Source of the DNA: a virus
Lineage: Duplodnaviria; Caudoviricetes
IMG/VR virus record: IMGVR_UViG_3300024279_000010
Span: 1-50,908 of that record
DNA length: 50,908 nucleotides
Reading direction: 5' to 3' (one strand)
Both the position numbers and the translations under genes were made by a program. The notes below the pieces were generated by a model that was given only the letters and a program-made list of their open reading frames with translations, did no database searches and was not told the DNA's origin. This document shows positions 1-9,224 of this stretch, in pieces. Position 1 is the stretch's first letter. Each line of letters begins with the position of its first letter.

Positions 1-152
1 AGCTGTCTGAGCGCCGGCAATTGCGCCGGTAACGGCCGCAACGAGAGCGTTCAAGCTGGAAAGAGCTTTGCTGATGGCATTCTTCGCGCCGTCGCTCTTG
101 ATGCCCGCAACGGTTTCCAAGCTCGCTATATCACTCTGAACCGTGGATAATA
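1..152. repeat. Terminal direct repeat, left copy (circular overlap)
   Basis: Identical to 50757-50908 except T127 vs C50883. Confidence 0.97.
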
Positions 153-426
153 CGCCGGCCGCGGTTGGAGTTGCGCCGAAATCGTAAACTAATCCCGCGG
201 CGGTATCCAAGCCCGCATGGATCTTATCGATGATCGGACCAGCGAGCGCCGCAACCGCGGGACTCTCAAAATCAATCGCAATCTGAACGGCGGATTTCAC
301 GTAAGGGTAAACCCTATCGGAAACCTGAATGAGTGTGGGCTCAACGTTGCGGAAAGCCTGATATTCCTTCGCAACCCAAGCCGTAAAATTGTGTTCATCT
401 TGTTTCAAAATATCGAGCAATTTCAT
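1..426 (-). CDS. 145-aa Ala-rich hypothetical protein of the putative lysis region; continues across the junction to a TGA at 50745
   Basis: Translated by hand: ATG at 426, MKLLDILKQDEHNFTAW...AIAGAQTA then PAA-stop at 50756-50745; GAAGG upstream; ATGA overlap with the next gene. Confidence 0.85.
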   Translation of the reverse strand, partial: MKLLDILKQDEHNFTAWVAKEYQAFRNVEPTLIQVSDRVYPYVKSAVQIAIDFESPAVAALAGPIIDKIHAGLDTAAGLVYDFGATPTAAGVLSTVQSDIASLETVAGIKSDGAKNAISKALSSLNALVAAVTGAIAGAQTA

Positions 427-428
427 TG

Positions 429-674
429 TTATTTGCCTTCCTTCGCCGGATTCGAATCCGGCATAATAGGGTTTGCTGGAATATTACTCCCGTTCGGGCC
501 ATGCTGTGAAGCGATTTCCTGATTCGAGCCGCGAACCCATCCCCACCAGTCATCCAAGCTTCGCGGGAACTTCAGCGGCGCATGCTTCCAGATTGCCGCG
601 TAAATCATCCAAAGCGTTCCTCCGGTTAATCCCGAAGCCGCTAGTTCCGCGAGCAACTTCACGTTCGCTTGCAT
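429..674 (-). CDS. Small membrane protein, possible holin
   Basis: 81 aa, N-terminal hydrophobic stretch, located downstream of the tail fibre. Confidence 0.5.
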   Translation of the reverse strand: MQANVKLLAELAASGLTGGTLWMIYAAIWKHAPLKFPRSLDDWWGWVRGSNQEIASQHGPNGSNIPANPIMPDSNPAKEGK

Positions 675-686
675 TGTTGCCGTCTC

Positions 687-959
687 TTACTTTGAATTTT
701 TGTAAAGTTCTACTCCAATCATGATCAGTCCACCAATTGACGAAAGAAGCGTTCCAATGATCATGACCGTAAATCGCTCTTGCCCTTTTTTAATTTCCGT
801 AATGTTCTTGTGAACTGTATCCATTTGTTCCTCTTGCAAGGCAATGCGAACAGTTAAAGCCGGCTTACCGTTGCCGAAATAAAGATCCTTTGCCATCTTC
901 TGAACAAGCTGTTCGTGTGGCAAAAAGGATATTTCTTCATTGTTACTTTCTGAGCCCAT
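687..959 (-). CDS. Small membrane protein (coiled coil plus C-terminal TM), holin-like
   Basis: 90 aa ending FTVMIIGTLLSSIGGLIMIGVELYK; follows the fibre gene. Confidence 0.55.
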   Translation of the reverse strand: MGSESNNEEISFLPHEQLVQKMAKDLYFGNGKPALTVRIALQEEQMDTVHKNITEIKKGQERFTVMIIGTLLSSIGGLIMIGVELYKNSK

Positions 960-1777
960 TAGCTCCCCAAGAATTCAAATTGGCCGAACACATAAACTTG
1001 ATTGCTTCCAGATTGACCGGCTAAAACGGAAGATGATGAAGCGACCAAATCAACCTGAGCTGAATCTGCCAAACCCATCGAAATGATAGCATCGAACGGA
1101 AAACTCAGGGGAACATTACTCACTTGGGGAGCTTGGAAGTATTGCTTATATAACACCGCGTTCCGCATGATTTGAGTAGCGAGATTTTGACCAGCCGCGG
1201 AAGGCAAATAAATTGAACCACTCAGACGATACTTTCCGGGCCACGGGGCTTTGAAGCGCTTGTTTGCCGCGTCCCACATCCCATAATCGTCATATTCAAC
1301 GGTATCCCACAAAACTTTGGCTCCGCCGGATAGAAGCGTTTGCTGAGCGCTCGCGTAGACGCTTGCTACGGCTCTCCATGTGGCTGTCCAGCCCACGCCG
1401 GAGGTATCGGGGTTGTTTGTGTTGTTGTCAATCAGGGAGAGCCAATAACCGTTACCGGCCGCGTTCAGAACGCGAGCCCCTTTGGGATATCCGCCGATTG
1501 CGGTTGAGAACCCGGAGTTGAACTGGAAGCCCGCGCCGGCGCTCGTCCACAAATCGATATTCGAGAGCATGAACAGAAGTCCGTTCATATCCGATTTGAA
1601 CGGAGGGATTCCGCCGGATGAAACCGGAGTTGCGTTCAGAGGGGGGAACCCGTCCGTAAAGGAAGCCCGTCCCGGCGTAATCGGGATCTGAGTTGGAACC
1701 GGGATCGGATTAGTTTTGGTCCCGTCTCCGTCACCAAACGGAAGTTGAATTTGAACCGGCGCGCTAGCTAATAGCAT
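959..1777 (-). CDS. Tail fibre with baseplate-attachment N-terminus and C1q-like C-terminal domain
   Basis: N-terminal GFPPLN...GGIPP...GGYPKGA...WLSLIDNN as in myophage fibres; C-terminal WDTVEYD...RFKAPWPGKY C1q-type motif. Confidence 0.8.
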   Translation of the reverse strand: MLLASAPVQIQLPFGDGDGTKTNPIPVPTQIPITPGRASFTDGFPPLNATPVSSGGIPPFKSDMNGLLFMLSNIDLWTSAGAGFQFNSGFSTAIGGYPKGARVLNAAGNGYWLSLIDNNTNNPDTSGVGWTATWRAVASVYASAQQTLLSGGAKVLWDTVEYDDYGMWDAANKRFKAPWPGKYRLSGSIYLPSAAGQNLATQIMRNAVLYKQYFQAPQVSNVPLSFPFDAIISMGLADSAQVDLVASSSSVLAGQSGSNQVYVFGQFEFLGS

Positions 1778-1779
1778 TT

Positions 1780-2343
1780 CTATCCTTCCTGAATGAACGA
1801 AGCTTGTTCAAACGGCCATGCCCACGCCGTTCCCATTTCTTCGAAACCAAAAACAGGGTATTCCGTTGCAATGATGTTAGACAGAACGCCGGCCGGCCGC
1901 AAGAAAATCCCGGATTGTTCCAGAATCAGAAGTTGCTGGGAAGTTAACCCAAATTCAAAACGGTACACCATCGACATACTTCCTAGATCGTTGACGTAAG
2001 CGCGGACATTCGTTCCCCCAATCCAGTTTTGGAGGAGCTGATTGATTGCCGGCGCTGAAGCGCGCGAGATGTTGCTTAGAGCTTTGAGCATGATCAGCGA
2101 GCGGAAAATATTCGCATCGCTGAGATAAGTTCCAAGAGCAACAATCAACGATTGAGGAATGCCAACGATCCGGCTCCAGATGGCGAGCCCAAAGAGATTC
2201 GCAGTGGAAACGTTGAAAATCGTATTGAAGAAATTGTCAATGTCCGCGGCGGGATCGATGTTCACGTTCATCCCTTGGATAAGCGCGCCGATTGTGGAGC
2301 TGTTCCCGTATTGACTGATGATCGTTTCTTCTACGTTGATCAT
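1780..2343 (-). CDS. Baseplate wedge protein (DUF2612-like)
   Basis: TIISQYGNS...WSRIVG motif; directly after baseplate J. Confidence 0.8.
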   Translation of the reverse strand: MINVEETIISQYGNSSTIGALIQGMNVNIDPAADIDNFFNTIFNVSTANLFGLAIWSRIVGIPQSLIVALGTYLSDANIFRSLIMLKALSNISRASAPAINQLLQNWIGGTNVRAYVNDLGSMSMVYRFEFGLTSQQLLILEQSGIFLRPAGVLSNIIATEYPVFGFEEMGTAWAWPFEQASFIQEG

Positions 2344-3617
2344 ACGAGAGTCACCGCGATATTCCCGGCGCTGATAGTCGGAGTCTGATCGATCCCGACA
2401 ATTACTTCATCTCCCGTGGGGAGCGCGGAAGTTCCCACAGCGATTTGTAAGAGCACCACGAAAGATCCAACATTTGAAACAACCGCGTAATACTGAGCCG
2501 CTAGAACCGCGGAGCCAATGCGAGCGCGAGCGTTGCCGTTCGCTCCATTGAACTGAGCAATAATCGCGTTCTGAATGAGCGTTACGATATTGCTTGGGAG
2601 ATTCGGAGTGTTCGCGATTTGAACCGCGAAGAAAATCGGAAGAGATCCCGGCCGGAGGAAACTCACTTGATAGCTTGGCTGGGGGAAGTTATAACCCGCG
2701 GTATCAAGAACGGTGTTATCCGAAACCGTTCCGTTTCCGGGAACCGGGCTCGCGCCGGCTGGATGCGGAGCGTAATCACATCCAACATCTTTCTTTCCCC
2801 AAATCGCGTTTGCAATATCCTGATCATTCCCGCCAACCACAGCCACGAAGAGCGAATGCGCCGCGAGGGGATAATGGGTTGAGTTGCGCGTTCCTCCGGG
2901 GAGCGGATCTCCAGACTGAACAACACCACTTGGGTTATCCAGAACGAAAACATCAAGAACGTTCGCCACTTCAAAAACGCTCGCGTAAATTGCTCCAACT
3001 GTACCTTCCCCATTTATAGCAACGGAATTTTGCCGGCGAAATTCGAAATCAGCGCGGCTCTCTACATCCGTTCCCAAGCTACCTTGAGAGGGGTTCGTAA
3101 TCGTGTCCCAACCGTTGATTGCTTGCCCAACGCGCGTGAGTGTGTTCGGGGGACATGGGATTGGTCCCGATACAACATTCTGCCATGAGCTAGACACTGT
3201 GGAGCCGGAGCCGATTGTCACCGTTCCCAAAAGAACGTATTGATTCCCGCTTGTGTCATAAGCGAAGGTTCCGGCCGGAATCACCGTTGTTGGAATTCCC
3301 CCCAACGTGCAAGTTACCGCTGTGGATGTTGCCGGCTTGCGCGTGAGGAAATAAATTCGAGCAAGCGCATCCTGAAAACGTCCCTCCGCATAAGCCGGAT
3401 CGAACTGGTTTACCAGATACGCAATCTGCGAATCTTTGTCAGCCACAATCGCCGCTTGGGAGCTTGCAAGTTGTCCCTGTGGAGTGGAGAGCGCCGGGTT
3501 GAGTCCACCACCAAAAGCCGCGTTGAAATCCGCTTGAGTACCAGCGAGAATTGCGGCTTCCGTGGGAATGATCAAGCCGGCGTCCGTGAAGGCGATTTGT
3601 GGGACCGCTGTGCTCAT
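2340..3617 (-). CDS. Baseplate J-like protein
   Basis: TPQGQLASS, FDPAYAEGRFQDAL, ESRADFEFRR motifs; 425 aa. Confidence 0.88.
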   Translation of the reverse strand: MSTAVPQIAFTDAGLIIPTEAAILAGTQADFNAAFGGGLNPALSTPQGQLASSQAAIVADKDSQIAYLVNQFDPAYAEGRFQDALARIYFLTRKPATSTAVTCTLGGIPTTVIPAGTFAYDTSGNQYVLLGTVTIGSGSTVSSSWQNVVSGPIPCPPNTLTRVGQAINGWDTITNPSQGSLGTDVESRADFEFRRQNSVAINGEGTVGAIYASVFEVANVLDVFVLDNPSGVVQSGDPLPGGTRNSTHYPLAAHSLFVAVVGGNDQDIANAIWGKKDVGCDYAPHPAGASPVPGNGTVSDNTVLDTAGYNFPQPSYQVSFLRPGSLPIFFAVQIANTPNLPSNIVTLIQNAIIAQFNGANGNARARIGSAVLAAQYYAVVSNVGSFVVLLQIAVGTSALPTGDEVIVGIDQTPTISAGNIAVTLV

Positions 3618-3985
3618 TAGAAATTCACCGTATGAGTTTGGTTATTAATGTCGACAAATTGTATATTGCCTGTTACAGCACGATCCTTGAATGAAGTAAT
3701 GACAGTCTGAACTGTCACAACTCCCGGAACCTTCAACGCCGTTTGATTGATCAGCTCTATCAAGAGTGCGGCCGGCGGAAGCTTTCCGAGCGTCTTCCCG
3801 TTTACGCTGGTGCTCCAGATTCCTTGAGTGGTATCGTAATAAACTTCTCCCAAGAAAGTTCGAACCGCGCTCGCTACGTCTTGAGCAATCGCATATGGGG
3901 GATCGGCGCGAGCGATGTTACCGTTCGCGTCAAGAACTAAATCCCATGCGGTTTGATCCAAAAGCAAAGTGCTGAAAGTGCTCAT
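3617..3985 (-). CDS. Baseplate wedge/sheath initiator (gp25/gpW-like)
   Basis: WDLVLDANGNIA...AQDVASAVRTFLGEVYYDT motif; position in operon. Confidence 0.78.
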   Translation of the reverse strand: MSTFSTLLLDQTAWDLVLDANGNIARADPPYAIAQDVASAVRTFLGEVYYDTTQGIWSTSVNGKTLGKLPPAALLIELINQTALKVPGVVTVQTVITSFKDRAVTGNIQFVDINNQTHTVNF

Positions 3986-4663
3986 TTATTCCGCTTCCAG
4001 AACTGAAGTAACACTATCAATCGGAGGAATGGGACCAGTGTAGCCCAATCCCTGAAGGAAGGGGAGAATTTCAGCTTTCCAGTAATCAAGGAAGTTCTTA
4101 TTCATGAGCGGCGTAAGAGTTCCGCCGTTCCCAAGCTGGATTGACGGAGCGTTGCCGCTCAGCTCAGATGGAGAAACAAGCTTGATCCCTTCAGAATCAA
4201 ATTGAATGTATTGTGTGGGGGTTCCACCGTTCAGCATCAGCCCCACGTAAAGAGCATCGGAGAAATCGTATTGACGCGCGCTCGCCGGGTTCGCCGCGGC
4301 TTGATTGTTCTTCACAGAACTGATATCCCGGCTCGCGAAATTACACAACCCAATGTCTCCGGGAGAAGGATCTAGGATGATTGCATTACCGTTCGAAGAT
4401 CCCAGCCGGAAATAAGGAACGTTCCAAATCGTTGTGTGAGGATAAGGGTTGCCGGCGCTGTCAACTTGATTTACGCAAGGCTTCACATCCACAGTTCCCA
4501 CGGGAGACAATCCGCCGTCATTGGTGCAAGAGATCACTTCAACCAATGTTGCAGTTTGCATCTTCGAAAGAAACTGTTGAACAACGAACGCGATGTTGTT
4601 GAACTTCCCCCATGTACTCCACGGTGTAAGCTGTCCAACTGCGATTTGGCTTTGCGTACTCAT
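3986..4663 (-). CDS. Baseplate central spike (gp138/gpV-like)
   Basis: VDVKP...VPYFRL...DPSPGDIGLCNFASRDIS...RQYDFSDA OB-fold spike motif. Confidence 0.85.
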   Translation of the reverse strand: MSTQSQIAVGQLTPWSTWGKFNNIAFVVQQFLSKMQTATLVEVISCTNDGGLSPVGTVDVKPCVNQVDSAGNPYPHTTIWNVPYFRLGSSNGNAIILDPSPGDIGLCNFASRDISSVKNNQAAANPASARQYDFSDALYVGLMLNGGTPTQYIQFDSEGIKLVSPSELSGNAPSIQLGNGGTLTPLMNKNFLDYWKAEILPFLQGLGYTGPIPPIDSVTSVLEAE

Positions 4664-5541
4664 TGACTCACCACCGCGAGCCCGGTTTTAGTTCCACGAA
4701 TCATCGCGAACCACGATCCATCCGGCTTCTCACTTTCGAGCTTATATGCAATTGTGGTTGCAATCCAAACGCCGGCCGCTTGCGGAATGCTGGTTTTGAG
4801 TTCGAACGATCCTCCGAAAACTAACGAAGGATTAAAGAGAGCTGTGAAATTCACTCCAACCCCGTCGAAAGTTGGATATCCATCCAACCCTGTTTCAGCG
4901 GAGATCAACGGAATGGGTTTCTTTCGTGGCTGATTTTGCGGAGTGATTGCGAGAATATCTCCGTCAACGTAAAGCCAAATTCCCGCCGCTTGCGCGAGCG
5001 TCTTTGCTTGTTCAAGATACGTGTTAGGAAGATATTGATTTTGGAGAATAACTCCGCTTACACCGTTGTTTTCGAATGTGAGTCCCATGTTGCCGGCGAG
5101 CTGGGACATTGCAGCCACAACGTCAATTGGACCTTTGAAGCTCGTTGGGGCAACAGCTTGGAGCTGATTGAAATACGCGGCTTGAGCTTGGATCATCAGG
5201 AAGACATTCGGCATCGTTCGATAGTTGCCCCAAGCGTTGACAATGTTCCCGGAGAATACAAGCGTTTCCTGATTCCCATCGATTGCGAAAACTTGAACTG
5301 TGTTCGGAATGAAGGCTTTCGGTTTCCACTGGAGAGTGGTGATTGCATTCATGTCGCTTTGGGACACTCCGAAAATTTGCGCGCGGAGTGTTCCCATCAT
5401 CATCCCGCCGGCTTTGTCGATATCGACAACCGCGCGAAACCCCTGAAGGGTAATTTGATTGTTGTTCGAAGAGCCGAACTTTCCGGTTCCCAGAGTAATC
5501 AGGAACCGGAGTTCTTTTTTGTTGGCGAAGGATGTTGGCAT
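4660..5541 (-). CDS. Baseplate hub protein
   Basis: 293 aa before the spike; ISAETGLDGYPTF motif. Confidence 0.78.
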   Translation of the reverse strand: MPTSFANKKELRFLITLGTGKFGSSNNNQITLQGFRAVVDIDKAGGMMMGTLRAQIFGVSQSDMNAITTLQWKPKAFIPNTVQVFAIDGNQETLVFSGNIVNAWGNYRTMPNVFLMIQAQAAYFNQLQAVAPTSFKGPIDVVAAMSQLAGNMGLTFENNGVSGVILQNQYLPNTYLEQAKTLAQAAGIWLYVDGDILAITPQNQPRKKPIPLISAETGLDGYPTFDGVGVNFTALFNPSLVFGGSFELKTSIPQAAGVWIATTIAYKLESEKPDGSWFAMIRGTKTGLAVVSQ

Positions 5542-5546
5542 TTGAT

Positions 5547-8500
5547 TTAGTTACTCGCAAGCAATTGAAACTGACTTCCAATGGCGCAATTAACTCCGCA
5601 AGTGAAAGTGATTGATGTAATAGCGGCTTGAGATGTGGGGTTCCATATTCCTCGCGTGAAATACTCGCTGTTATTCGTCTGACTAGATGAAGACGCGAAG
5701 TAGGTTCCGGTTACGTGAATCGCCTTAGGAAACGTGGTATTCGTGTAGTTCGGAATCTCCATCGTTCCTTCAGCGCTTAGCGATCCAAAGATAAAAGCGT
5801 TCGTAATTGCCGCGGCGCTCGCCGCACCTCCGCATGATGTTACCTGACTGCTGCCGTTTCCCTTCATCTCCTCGCAGTTCCACTCGTAATGGGTTCCGGT
5901 ATCTGCGTTGAAGATGGCGTTGATAACTCCGTTACTTGCCATTGCTCCGAAAACTTTCGGATATAAATTCAGGAACGTTGAGGGAATGCCGGTAACAGTT
6001 AATGTCGACCCCGCCGTTGTCACCGTAAAGACTCCGCCTGAGAACGATCCCGCCATCCCGCCGCTTGGAGTCCAAGTCACCAAACTTCCAATATTAAAAG
6101 CATTCCCGCTTCCTGATCCCGCGATGATGTGACCGCTGCTATCTGAAGCAAGAGACGTTTGCGAAACTGGAATTGTCGCACCATTCACCTGATTCGCGTT
6201 CACCACACCGGTTCCAGTTGGCCCAAGAACGGTTCCGTTCCCCATGTTAAAGTTTCCAGCGTTTGCGTTCGTCGCAGGTGTCACCGCGGACCATGCGGTT
6301 GACGTTGTGGCGGACAACCCAACCTGAGCGGCCATTACCACGGTAGGAGTTCCAATGATCGTCCCTGTCGTCACTGCCTTGATATCGAGGAGATCAAGTG
6401 ACGCCGTGGTGAAGTTATGCGAGGTATCGGAGCAAGATGTCGCAGATGCGCCGCTGATCGTGCATGTTAGCGCCGTATCGCTGGCATTCTTTCGCCACGT
6501 ATAAACCGCCGAGTTCCCCACGCCGGGAGCCGCGCTCATTTGCACGGTCATGTTCTGGATGGTGACGGCCGCGGGAGAATCAATGTCAACGTTGGTTTCA
6601 GTGGTACTCGCCGTAGCCCCACCGCCGATGGGGAAGAATTGAGTTCCGCTGAAGGTGAGCGATGGGCCGGAGTAAGTAACGATTCCCGCGCCGGTTCCAG
6701 CCGCTGCGATAGCCGCTTGCACGAACGCTGTGGTAGCAAATTGCCCTGTGCTAGTTCCGCCGGAAGCTGTCGGGCCGGATGGAGTTCCGATAAAGGTAGG
6801 CGAAGCTAACGGCGCGAATCCTGCGATGCTTGCGCCGCTTGGGATCGTGACGGTACCGGTAAAGGTTGGAGAATTGAGTGGAGCCGCGCCAATCGTGTTG
6901 TAGCTGATCTTCCTCGCTACGCTCCCGTTGAAGGTTGAGCCGGAAGCATCGCCGATTCCACTGTTGTCCATCGTTAGAGAGTTTGTAGTGCTTCCGCTAA
7001 CCGTGAGCGAGTTGGTTCCCGTGGTATCAACGAACGTCATACCGTTGTAGCTATTCGTGATATTCGCATACTGATTGTTGTTGCTCGATGCGTCGAAGTT
7101 CACGGCCGGGCCGGTCGCAGCGATGAACAAGTTTCCTTGGAACACGGCATTGCTGGTATTGATGAACTGATTCATCGGCGTTGACCATACCTGCCCATTG
7201 CCGATGAACCTGTTGTGGCTGATATCTCCAATCGAAGCGTTGTATACAAAACCTTGTCCAATACCACTACCGGAGTGTCCCTGACTGAGTTGGAAGGTTG
7301 AATTATGCACATTAACGAGAGAGCCGCTATGTACAAAGAGTGATGGAACGTTTTGACCATTCCAATAGATAGCGTCCGAAATCGAGACGCTGCCTGATCC
7401 CGTGATTTCAGTCCCATTTGTTTCAGAAGAGCGACCCAACGCACACCAAAGATTATTTATATAAACCGTGTTAACTTGCGCCGCTCCTCCACTCAGACTA
7501 AAAAATTCACACTCCGTATAGGGAGAATCGTCCGTTTGATTATTGATACGAACGTCACCCCCAAGCGTCCCGTTTCCGCTGATCCCCGTTCCAACCGAAT
7601 CTGTGAAGTTGTGATCCATATTCAAATCTTGAATTTGACCAGAAAGTTTGTACCCAAGCGAAGCCGATTGACTTGAGCCACATCGATTAGAGACGTTGTT
7701 ATTTTCAACCCTTTGTGAAAAATAACCCGTCGAACCGCCTTGCAAATCAAATCCAACGTAGGCAAATCCAGCGCTTCCAACGCCGGTATAGCACCACGAA
7801 ACTAGATTGTTTGTGAAGGTTCCCTGAGCCCCCGATGGATTAAACAAGCTTTGAATTCCTATGGCAGAATCAGCGAAATTATTTCTCTCGACAACCGCCG
7901 AACTGGTGTAATTCATTCTGAGCGAGATCGATCCGGAAGATGGAGTATTCGTCCGCGCCAACATACAGTTCTTTAGAATAAATCCGTTAATCGGAGTGGA
8001 TATGGAACCCCCGTTGGCAAATAACTGTGTAACGCTCGCGCTATTCGTGAAAATGACTGTTGGAAAGCCCCCTTGTGAACCAGACCATCCATAGGTTCCG
8101 CATTCAACACCTGTATTCTGAGTGGTAATTGTCGGACCAGTTTCGGAGCGATAAACACCGGGAGCGAAATAACAAACGCCTAAAGTGATTGAAGATTGAC
8201 AAGCTGTCCATGCCGCTGAGTTGTCAGTTCCCGTCCCTCCGCCTACTATAAATACTCCATCAGCCACAGCGCCGAACCAGCCAACGGACTTCCAGTAATT
8301 CTGACTGTTTACAACTAGCGTTCCTCCGCCGTTTATGAAGACTTGCTGATTATCCGGCGCGAGAATCGGACCGTTAATCGTGATCGTTTGGCCGGCATTG
8401 TAAGTAATCGAACCACCATCCGAAAACTGGAGCGCGCAATTCTTAGGAGTGCTGATTGTTGTAGGAGAAAGAGGGATTGTAATCTGAATCGTTGTGGGAC

Positions 8501-9224
8501 CACTTCCACAAGCTGTCACCAGCGCCGCTAACGTTGTGGCTGAATTTACCGTTGGGTTCGTGGTTCCAGTTCCGCCGAATGGAGCGCCGCTTCCTCCACC
8601 AGTTGTACACGTGCCATCTTTTTGAAGAATTGAATCGGTTGCGCAACTCGAATCGAACCAGTAAGCGGCAATCAATTGCGAGAGAGTTCCAACTGCCGTC
8701 ACGTTCAAACTGGTTCGATAGACGAAACCGTTTCCGCCGGGATCAGCGAGCCCGCTTCCAATCGGAGGAACGTTGAATGGAGTTCGAACATCAGAGATGG
8801 AAGTAATCGTTGAACTCCCCGCAACAACAACAGCGAGCGGAATGTCAGTCCCAACGAAAGCTGTTGTCTTCACGCTTACAGCGCATGACGAAGTTGTATC
8901 GAGATAGATCCGGTTCGTTGCGCTCGCTGTGAGAGCTTTAGTCCCGCCAACATACGAAACGATTGTTCCCGAACCACAATTCACTGTTCCGGGACCAACA
9001 TTAATATTCAAACCCGTTGCGGCCGCAATCGTCCCGCCGCTTCCATTTGCAATTGAGAGCTGAGTAGGCCAATAGCCCGGAGCAACGCCATTATCATACT
9101 TTGCGTTTACAGCATAGATCGGCGCGGTTTGAGTCTGAGGGTTTTGAGCATGCACAAGGCATACCGCGAGAAACATCCACAATCCAATGAACCACAAAGC
9201 GAGCTTGATCATAAGTTCCCTCAT
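5547..9224 (-). CDS. Large tailspike/fibre (beta-helix, pectate-lyase-like) with N-terminal signal peptide
   Basis: SVGWFGAVADG...TDNSAAW...YFAPGVY beta-helix start; APLASPTFIGTP...FATTAFVQAAI fibre repeat; hydrophobic N-terminus ending VHA-QN. Confidence 0.82.
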   Translation of the reverse strand: MRELMIKLALWFIGLWMFLAVCLVHAQNPQTQTAPIYAVNAKYDNGVAPGYWPTQLSIANGSGGTIAAATGLNINVGPGTVNCGSGTIVSYVGGTKALTASATNRIYLDTTSSCAVSVKTTAFVGTDIPLAVVVAGSSTITSISDVRTPFNVPPIGSGLADPGGNGFVYRTSLNVTAVGTLSQLIAAYWFDSSCATDSILQKDGTCTTGGGSGAPFGGTGTTNPTVNSATTLAALVTACGSGPTTIQITIPLSPTTISTPKNCALQFSDGGSITYNAGQTITINGPILAPDNQQVFINGGGTLVVNSQNYWKSVGWFGAVADGVFIVGGGTGTDNSAAWTACQSSITLGVCYFAPGVYRSETGPTITTQNTGVECGTYGWSGSQGGFPTVIFTNSASVTQLFANGGSISTPINGFILKNCMLARTNTPSSGSISLRMNYTSSAVVERNNFADSAIGIQSLFNPSGAQGTFTNNLVSWCYTGVGSAGFAYVGFDLQGGSTGYFSQRVENNNVSNRCGSSQSASLGYKLSGQIQDLNMDHNFTDSVGTGISGNGTLGGDVRINNQTDDSPYTECEFFSLSGGAAQVNTVYINNLWCALGRSSETNGTEITGSGSVSISDAIYWNGQNVPSLFVHSGSLVNVHNSTFQLSQGHSGSGIGQGFVYNASIGDISHNRFIGNGQVWSTPMNQFINTSNAVFQGNLFIAATGPAVNFDASSNNNQYANITNSYNGMTFVDTTGTNSLTVSGSTTNSLTMDNSGIGDASGSTFNGSVARKISYNTIGAAPLNSPTFTGTVTIPSGASIAGFAPLASPTFIGTPSGPTASGGTSTGQFATTAFVQAAIAAAGTGAGIVTYSGPSLTFSGTQFFPIGGGATASTTETNVDIDSPAAVTIQNMTVQMSAAPGVGNSAVYTWRKNASDTALTCTISGASATSCSDTSHNFTTASLDLLDIKAVTTGTIIGTPTVVMAAQVGLSATTSTAWSAVTPATNANAGNFNMGNGTVLGPTGTGVVNANQVNGATIPVSQTSLASDSSGHIIAGSGSGNAFNIGSLVTWTPSGGMAGSFSGGVFTVTTAGSTLTVTGIPSTFLNLYPKVFGAMASNGVINAIFNADTGTHYEWNCEEMKGNGSSQVTSCGGAASAAAITNAFIFGSLSAEGTMEIPNYTNTTFPKAIHVTGTYFASSSSQTNNSEYFTRGIWNPTSQAAITSITFTCGVNCAIGSQFQLLASN

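Noticed and set aside
1-152. Biological terminal repeat of the virion DNA
   Set aside because: It falls in the middle of a CDS and is about one read long; more likely an assembly overlap of a circularly permuted genome
445-462. Perfect 18-bp palindrome GCCGGATTCGAATCCGGC
   Set aside because: Single copy inside a CDS in a palindrome-rich genome; no supporting context
959-9224. Diversity-generating retroelement targeting the fibres
   Set aside because: No reverse transcriptase and no TR/VR repeat pair seen
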